A stretch of DNA of 64,000 nt from Chrysomallon squamiferum (taxonomy: Eukaryota > Animalia > Mollusca), in contig CM022667.1 of the NCBI GenBank assembly GCA_012295275.1, forward strand, positions 18,476,001-18,540,000. Reading direction: 5' to 3'. Positions 55,783-64,000 of this stretch are shown here, in pieces (the first letter of the stretch is position 1; each line of letters begins with the position of its first letter). The notes under the pieces were generated by a model, which saw only the letters and a list, made by a program, of their open reading frames with translations, did no database searches and had not been told where the DNA came from. Position numbers and translations under genes: made by a program.

Positions 55783-57183
55783 CTAAAAGAATTTCTTTTT
55801 CCCAACAATATCTTTTAGTTCCCTGAGGGTTGAACTGACATCCAGTGTAAGCGTTTCTAAGTTCGATATTCGCTGAGATATAAGCTTTTGATCCTCCTGA
55901 ATCGCTCCCATAACCAAGCGAGTGTCGTTCAAACTCGTGGCCAGCTCGACTGGACCCACAGTGACCTCCTGTAGATGCAGCTTTAGAAACTTGTTTTCGT
56001 TCATGTCACGAATAGACTGTATTAGCTTACTGCGGTAAGTGATCATTTTGTGGTCAGAATCTGGAGCTCCTGCACGCTTTCGACGCCATATTCGAATGAC
56101 CTGCTTAATGACGTCAGCAGCCGCGTGCTTCCTTTTCTTATCTAGTGCAATCTGCTGAACGAAGCTATGTACATACTTTTCAGAACGAGTCTGTTCAAGG
56201 TTTTTGGCCAGAACAGCTACAGAAAGTGCCATGATTCCAACACCCATTAATCCTGTGAACCCAGCAATCATTCGTCCACAGTAACTCCGAGGTACCAGAT
56301 CGCCATAACCAACAGTGAGAAAAGTTACAGCCGTCAGCCAGAAAGCCTGAGAATAACTGGCCAGACTTGTGTCTGGATCGCTGTAAACTTCACATACCCT
56401 TAGATTCCATGAGTTAATGAAAAATGTACCAAACATAACACAGAGTAAAACCACCCCCGGTGTGGTCGACATCACAGCTTTAAATACAAACTGGGCATTT
56501 ATTCTCACGCGGCTCAAAGCTCCAAGGCTTTGTACGGAAGTATCCAAAAAGAGTTTGCTATGAACAACGATGAAACGACCCAGCAGATAAAGCCGCAATG
56601 ACATTAAAATTGTCAATATTCCATTTATTGGCAAATATGCATCTTTCAGGTGAGATGAATTTGCATCAGATACAACGACGATTGTCGCTATTGGAATGTT
56701 CAGGAAGGGCAATGGGTGAATGGCACAGATAAACAATTCGAGAAATAGCTTGCACCACTTCGCGCCACTCATTGCTAGTCGCCAGTCAGAAAAACCTGCG
56801 CTTGCCATGAAAAGCCTAATGCCGATGACATGATAACCCACAATACAGAAGAGTAATCCGACCGTGGAGATGGAAGTCACAGCTCTCAATGTGGTGGAGA
56901 GGGCAGAATCTGTTGTTGTAACATGTGAAAAATTCAACTCGGTGTCAATCACTACAAACAAAACACCAATCAAAGCGAGAGAAAAACTGATATCAACACA
57001 CAGTTTCCGCTGATTTAACACTTCCTTTCGCTTGCGCAATCTGTAACCTAAATTATGACGTAGTTCCTTCATGATGGCGTATGACGTGCTATCGAGGTCT
57101 GATATAAGCGTCTCAGTGCTGTCATAGTTTGAAAAGTTTGGAGTTATCCCAAGAGTAAGAACAGACTCTTCCATGTTTCTCAT
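55783..57183 (-). CDS. Small-conductance Ca2+-activated K+ channel (SK/KCNN family), CDS in one exon, ~466 aa
   Basis: Motifs LGYRLRKRKEVLNQRK, ELFICAIHPLP, LMSLRLYLLGR, HSKLFLDTS..SLGAL, WNLRVCE, filter WLTAVTFLTVGYGDLVP and CaM-binding LEQTRSEKYVHSF...KHAAA. Acceptor TTTCAG at ~57200 and first ATG at 57183. The ORF-track start at 57294 is intronic microsatellite. Confidence 0.92.
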   Translation of the reverse strand: MRNMEESVLTLGITPNFSNYDSTETLISDLDSTSYAIMKELRHNLGYRLRKRKEVLNQRKLCVDISFSLALIGVLFVVIDTELNFSHVTTTDSALSTTLRAVTSISTVGLLFCIVGYHVIGIRLFMASAGFSDWRLAMSGAKWCKLFLELFICAIHPLPFLNIPIATIVVVSDANSSHLKDAYLPINGILTILMSLRLYLLGRFIVVHSKLFLDTSVQSLGALSRVRINAQFVFKAVMSTTPGVVLLCVMFGTFFINSWNLRVCEVYSDPDTSLASYSQAFWLTAVTFLTVGYGDLVPRSYCGRMIAGFTGLMGVGIMALSVAVLAKNLEQTRSEKYVHSFVQQIALDKKRKHAAADVIKQVIRIWRRKRAGAPDSDHKMITYRSKLIQSIRDMNENKFLKLHLQEVTVGPVELATSLNDTRLVMGAIQEDQKLISQRISNLETLTLDVSSTLRELKDIVGKKKFF

Positions 57184-57312
57184 GTAGCGCGATAGGAATC
57201 TGAAATTATAAATAAAACAAATAAATAGTGCTGATGTATCTTTAAATTCCCCCACACACACACACAGAATACACATTAACACAGACACATACAATTATAC
57301 ATATGTGTGTGC

Positions 57313-57389
<77 letters not shown>

Positions 57390-57530
57390 AACTTATCACT
57401 GTTTAAAAAATCAATTCCATTCCATATTCCATCTAACCTTAAGTCAGTAACCAATTATCGTGCAGTCCTAAATAATACAACACCAAAAATAATGTCAAAT
57501 ATAGAAATTTGTCTAGTCGTCAGTGATATA

Positions 57531-57757
57531 CAGGGTGTCCCAGAAGTCACGCACCATGAAGATTTTTATTTAGATACATATGAATACAATTTTTATTAAT
57601 AATAATCATAACAAATGCTCAAATTGCTTGCCCTCTGCATTGATACATACTTCAATTCTCTTTATAAAACTGTTTTTTACTCTGTTGAGGGTTTCGCTAC
57701 TAATTTATGTGTATCTAAATAAAAATCTTCATGGTGCGTGACTTCTGGGACACCCTG
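57531..57757 (-). mobile_element. 227-bp internally deleted Tc1/mariner element with 48-bp perfect TIRs
   Basis: TA|CAGGGTGTCCCAGAAGTCACGCACCATGAAGATTTTTATTTAGATACA and its exact inverse ending at 57757|TA. The interior encodes a transposase-like C-terminus on the minus strand. Confidence 0.9.
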
Positions 57758-60700
57758 TATATATGTACATATTTAAAAAAATATTTGATTAAATTATGAA
57801 CACATCATATATGTGTGTGTGTGTGTTTGTGTGTGTACATAATGTGTGTACATAATTTAATAAACAATTTTGTTGACTTTATATCGCATCAGTTAAATGA
57901 AAATAATAACTGATGATTCCATCAAAAACAAGGAACATATATACACACAGATCTTTTGCGATGTTCTGAGACAGTATCAAACTCCTACTGCAGCACTTTT
58001 ACACAAACCAAACTGTATATCGCAGAATGTTGTTAAATCAGCTATACTTAGACATTTTGCAGGAGACTACTATAAATAGACATCTCCAGTTAGAGGAGAA
58101 CATATTTTAATTAAGAGATATATTTGTAAAATATTAATTTGAAAATTCATATGTAACAGTTGTACATGTGCATATGGTACTTTTTCGTTAAGGGGCGGAA
58201 TATTGTTCGAAATGTTAAGCGGATACCCACCATAATAATAAATTTTTAAAAACAAGTATCTTTTTTGTCTTTATTACCCTCAGATCATAGGCACTGTCAC
58301 GGTCCGAGAACCTAGAATCATTGTATTACGATATCATATAAAAGTTATTTGATATACATATATAAACAATACTGAGAATGTTTAAATATCTATATAGGCT
58401 TCATAGAATTAATTTCTATAATCTGAGAATATAAAAGAAAATAGATCAAGCAAAATAAAGAGCAGAAAAGATAAGAGTAAGGAAATATTTAAAAAAGGGA
58501 CTTTAAGAAGAGACTGGTTAGACATCCAGGTAAGTTTTAAAATTCATTATTATTAAGTATCTTTTTCGACACACAAAAGAAAAGAAACAACGCCTTCGCT
58601 GCAACTTAAAAGAAAAATTATTTTCTTTTTGTTTTGACAACATCTCCTTTCAGTGTTTTACACGAATTTGTGAATTGTACGCCTGCGTCAATGGGAAGTG
58701 AGAAAAACAAACCATCACTAATTTTTCAAATAATAATTATTGTTATTAAAATGAGTTTCACTGCTAATTAATGATTAACCGAAATTGCAGCAGGAGTTAC
58801 AAAACCATCTAAAAAGGACATAGCATGTATTTTAACAACTAAGTAAAATATAATATACGAACGTACGAACACACAAAGAAATGATCGAAATTAGAATTAT
58901 GAATCTTAGAACACACCGTACAAGAAAATAAATATTTACAAAAATATTATGTTAAAATATAAATACTTGTTTTATTGTAGTCAACATACCTTAGTAGACA
59001 GAAGGCAGATTCAAAATTAATCAGTACCGAAACTGACGCAAACTAAAATATATTCAACATATTTTCATACTAACCAAACAACAGAAAACAAATATTAATA
59101 TATAATTACACATATACACGCATAGATGTACGTGTGTGTGCGCGTGCATGGGAAGAAACAATTACAAAACGAACTGCTATGAACCAAAACAAGACAGAAA
59201 TATGTTTGAAAGCAATATTCATTAAAATAAGTAAAAAATATAAATTTATTAATAATAATATTATATAAAAAAATGTATTTGTATATTGTTCAGTTTTCGT
59301 TTGAACTGGAAACCTGACATATTTGTTTATTTGCTAATTCTACTAATTCTAATACATCTTCGTCATTATCGTCCACATTATTTATAAAATTTGCATACAA
59401 AGAAGATAAAGAAAACTACATTATATTTATTTATTATCATGTCATGGGCTTTTACTGCACATATATTTAAGTTAGGGTATGCAAAATGGATTTTTGAACT
59501 ATCGAAATGAAATAGAATATATTTTGTTAGAGCGAAACAAAAAAGAAACAATACCAATCTTTAAATATTGACAACTGCTTTTTGTTTCTTTCTTTTAAAA
59601 CAAGAAAAACATTGATTAGACTCAAGAACTTAAAGATCGCCAAATCTCTTGGGAACGCTAGCGAACATTAACGAAAATTTTACTGTGTAATATATTTTGA
59701 CTTCAAAAAGAATTCGAAATACGTTTTCATTCGAATTCATTTGGTTTGGTTTTTAGATATAGCCATATAGATAACATATTATAACGAAAACACACTTTCT
59801 GTAGATGGTTTTTTTTTTATATCATAAACAATCCCTTTTTTTCTTGAATTAATATCCATGTATTGAGATGGTTAGTCTATTATTAGTAATATTAACGTCT
59901 TCTGAGCCCGTAACTTCTGACAAAAAGAGCTACGAAAGATTTACAATAGATATTCCAAAGTCTATTCATAATATTCATCATGGGCAGATGTATAATCTGT
60001 AATTTGTGTTTTGATATTCATATTTTTCATTCTTACCATTAAATCTAACATCTTCATTACTGAGTATCCTAAATCAGTTTACTTTTTTTTTTTTTCCTCT
60101 ATTGTGGTCAAATTGTTCAAATATGATATAATGATGTAATATATAGTTAAAATTCTTTAAGTTTATTATAATAAAAAGCATGTAACTTTGTTTATATTAC
60201 ACAATTAATCTTTACTCTCTTTTTTAAAACACATGTAACTATTGACTAATTTTCCGTAATAACTGATTTTTGTGCATAGTTTCAATCGAAAGTAAGAAAT
60301 AAAAATTGTGTTGAAGTGTTCGTTGCTACTGAGAAAAGCTAAAAAGAACACTAAGTTTGTTAATTTTATAATTAAACATTTAATGTGAATCCGATTCCAG
60401 ATTGAAAAACCTGGTCTTATAGCAACTAATTTGTGACCATTTATTGAAATACGTTTATTTAAAAACCAGTTTTAGCAGAATGAGTTTTAGCAGAACTCAA
60501 ATTCATACACATCCGACTTTGCTTTGCATATAAATTATTAGATGAGCTATGCAATACAAAATTAATAGCTTTGTTAACTCTGTCTTTATTCACATCACTG
60601 CAGTAATAATAATAATAAGAATAATTATAATAACAATAACAGCTCCAGCTTCGCGCTATGCAGAAAATATGTCATAAAATTACATGCAATAAAAAGAAAA

Positions 60701-62587
60701 TTTCAAGATGATTTAAAATATAATTATTGGAAAAGTCAAAAATGCACTGAATAAAATATTCGAACATCATTTTAGTCTTCAATGAAATAATATAAATGGT
60801 TCCTCCTAACTACAAGCGCAGTTGTAATTTCAGAAATACTTTACAAAATTATTATTAACTGTAAAACTCTCCTACCTGCAAAACCATTATTGATATTTGA
60901 ATTCACCGATATAAGAACGTCTACCGTCCACCATGCATCAACAGGTAGATGTGAAATATTTTTATCGACGTTCTTAATCTGCAGTGAGTGGGCCCCGCTT
61001 ATTTACGTCGTCTGGAGACAGATGGTAGAATTCAAACATCAGTATACCTTTCGTACACACACTTTTATCGGCGGTTACATAAAAGTAAAGGGGGTAGGCA
61101 TACTCCCTTATATTTCTTCTTCAAGTTTTGTTTTACATAAATATCAAAGTGTGGAAGAAAAGATTAAAACTAGGATCTGAAGATGAAGATATGCATATAA
61201 TCAATCTTTTCCTTTGTTTTTAACCCTTCATTCAGAGTTTATATTTTTTTCTTATTTTCAAGGTGTGAATGCGACATGTGAAATGCAATGAATTCTTGTG
61301 TCGGGCTGAAAATAAGTGTAAGCGCCGCCTCTGTATTTTGACAACATTGCGGGCTTTTCAATAAATGTTTACAGTGAACTGACGTTAGAAACGATATAAA
61401 GAAATGTGAAATCAGAATTTTTTATTTATCTCTGTAGAAGAAAAATAAGAAAATTTAGAAACATATTAAGTTCAAACAAATTCTTCTTTTCTTCTACACC
61501 CAAGAAATCTTAGATAAGTAAAAGTCAAACTGTAGGTCGAGTACTGGAACAGCTACCTAAAGTTGGTCACAGTCAAAATATATACTGCTCGAAACAAAAA
61601 TTAAATTAAAAATGAAAGACTAAATATATAATTTTCCGAACTACTTCGTTTGTAAAATGAAGTTCGCCATAAACCAAGCTTATTTTCATTTATATAAGAC
61701 AGGATTATTTTTCCAATCCAGTCACATTTCTTTTTAAATTTGTTTATATTTTTTATATTTGTTTTTAACTTCTTAATGAAAGTAATGATTTTTTTTCAAA
61801 CTCATAAACGTATCTGCATCTATTCTTTGTTTTTCAGAAATGTTTTTAGATCAGATTTCATTTTTACATTTGTTTGATCAATAATGAAATGTTTTCGTAT
61901 GTTATTTGCTAATCTAGCCCAGGCTTAATTGTCAAATTTTTACAGACAGTTTGTTTTCTTTCTATTTATTATTATTATTATATAAAGAATAACTTCATAA
62001 TTAAATATGAGTATTATTATTATCATCATCATCATCATCAATTTAAAAACAACCGAAGTGACTTCTATTATTTTGTATTACGTTAATACCTAATCTGACT
62101 GGTAAGGACTGATAGAATTTAAATACAATCTAAAGGGATGTGCATGTCGTAATAAAATATTTATACTACACGCCCCATTGGAAACCCGTTCCTTGCCATT
62201 CACTTATGGTCATAAATGTTGCTATTAAGTTATACACTGCAGTCGCGAATTTTGTTCTCAGAGAATATTCAATTGTGTGGTAAATATAGATATTTCATTC
62301 AAATTATTTACGACATTCATTTAGGACAGGTGTTGCAAGTCACATGACTCTTAATATTCAATTCTGTTAAAGGACAAACTGTATAGACTTCAAGACGGGA
62401 AAGGAAATCCACTTCAGTTGATCATTTCCGACTCAAATAAAAACTAAAATGTTCAATGGTTTTGAGAATAGGGAACTGCTGTTATTATGATGTTCGTAAG
62501 CAGTAAAGGAATTCTGTTAAGTTCATGAAAAATAATAGTTTTAATATTAGTGAATATGAAAATAAGACATGAAGATTCATTTTTATA

Positions 62588-62662
<75 letters not shown>

Positions 62663-64000
62663 AAATCATTACTGAGTGCTTTTATTTTATTTTTATCCTA
62701 TTATTACTACTACTATAACTGTAACCACAAGAATTAGAGCTGCTGCTACTATTACTGTTAATACAAATTGTCATCGTTATCCTGATCATCATTATTGCTA
62801 ATTGAAATAAAATACATACACACGGTAATAGCGAATCTCAGTACTAAAGAACTATTTTTCTAAAAACTGTTCGTTTTTATTAACGTCATTCCTTGTGTAA
62901 TTATGTTACACTTTTACGAATGTTCTATAGCGACTCAATCTGTTTAGTTTTTTTGTTCTGATTAAACTTTTACTAATAAAATTAACGATAGTCTCCCGAC
63001 TAATCATTTGTCCATTAAGAATAACAAATAGGATAAAGTTTAAATAATATTACTATTAATCCAAAGAGTTGCTAAGGTTTATGGTTTATCAACTTAAAGG
63101 AAAAACAAAGAAAAAAATAAACAGTTTTTAACATCAAAGGTCATATGGTTAAGATAATGTTTCTGTTTCAACTAGTGCTCAACTTCTGACATATAAAACG
63201 ATTCAGTACTGTTATAATAATAATAATAATAATAAAGCCAGGGTGAAAAAGAGATTGGTTTAGGATAAATACTCATTAATTGCTGTTGTTTTTTGGATGA
63301 TTTACTTTTTCTTTCATTTTGTAATTTATCTCTGTATCAGATACCTCTGTATAATAGATATGAATTTAAAGAGAGATTGTGCAACACTTTTGGTCGTAAC
63401 CATATAAACTTAACGCTTTGCGAACATAGAAGATTATGTGATATTTCTCTTGTAACAATATCTCTTCGATCTAACTGCTTAGACAGAGAAATCATCTTTC
63501 TAGATCTTTCAGTGGATGTCAAACGAGGACGATGAAGCTGAATCATTACTGTCTGTTTTGAATTTTATGCAAACCGCTCATATCATCCTATCGATTAATT
63601 TACTACAATATCACGACAAAATTACAACATTAATAAATGCACTGATGTCAACGTTCATAGAACATTATAAAAAGTAGTTTAAATTTTAACGTTTCTACAT
63701 CATGTCATAAAATAATTATTCTGGAATGGATTAATTTCGTTACACCTTTTGTGATTTTTAATTTTTAATTTTAATTTTATACATATATTTATTTTTCATA
63801 TTAATATATTTATCACGCAGTGAAGACATTTGAAAAAAAATTAAATTATAATAATATCTGTGTTTTTTTTAGTGATGATGTTCATGAACAATACGCTGGA
63901 CAGTATCACGTGTGGTTGATTAATATATATACATTCGCATACATTAAAGTACACACACGCACACATACACACATATAATACGACATATACAAAGATACAA

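Noticed and set aside
60870-61180. GC-richer block with a 96-aa ORF and a minus-strand donor-like CAG|GTAGGA
   Set aside because: No recognisable protein. It could be a 5' UTR exon of the SK gene, but nothing supports this.
63293-63546. Overlapping 80-aa and 69-aa ORFs near the window end
   Set aside because: No motif or exon chain supports a coding call.

Overview
AT-rich, intron-rich eukaryotic DNA from an invertebrate animal (lophotrochozoan/mollusc-like by impression only; the species cannot be determined from the sequence). Six protein-coding genes can be reconstructed from GT-AG exons: an N4BP1/KHNYN-like KH-UBA-NYN-CoCUN RNase (-), SLC35C2 (-), a ~1516-aa ankyrin-repeat / large insert / pseudokinase / KEN-ribonuclease protein with RNase L-like architecture (-), PLA2G15 (-) head-to-head with cathepsin A (+), and an SK (KCNN) potassium channel with an intronless CDS (-). 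Several non-autonomous DNA transposons are present, including an inverted pair of ~1-kb MITEs and a 227-bp Tc1/mariner deletion derivative, plus mini- and microsatellites. The main lead is the RNase L-like gene. It has six one-exon ankyrin repeats, an ~870-aa single-exon insert carrying RNP-type short motifs, a predicted dead kinase (HGNLK, GYG) and a KEN domain with an Arg-to-Tyr change at the active site. It lies ~18 kb from a second antiviral-type RNase gene. All gene models were assembled by eye and have no transcript support.
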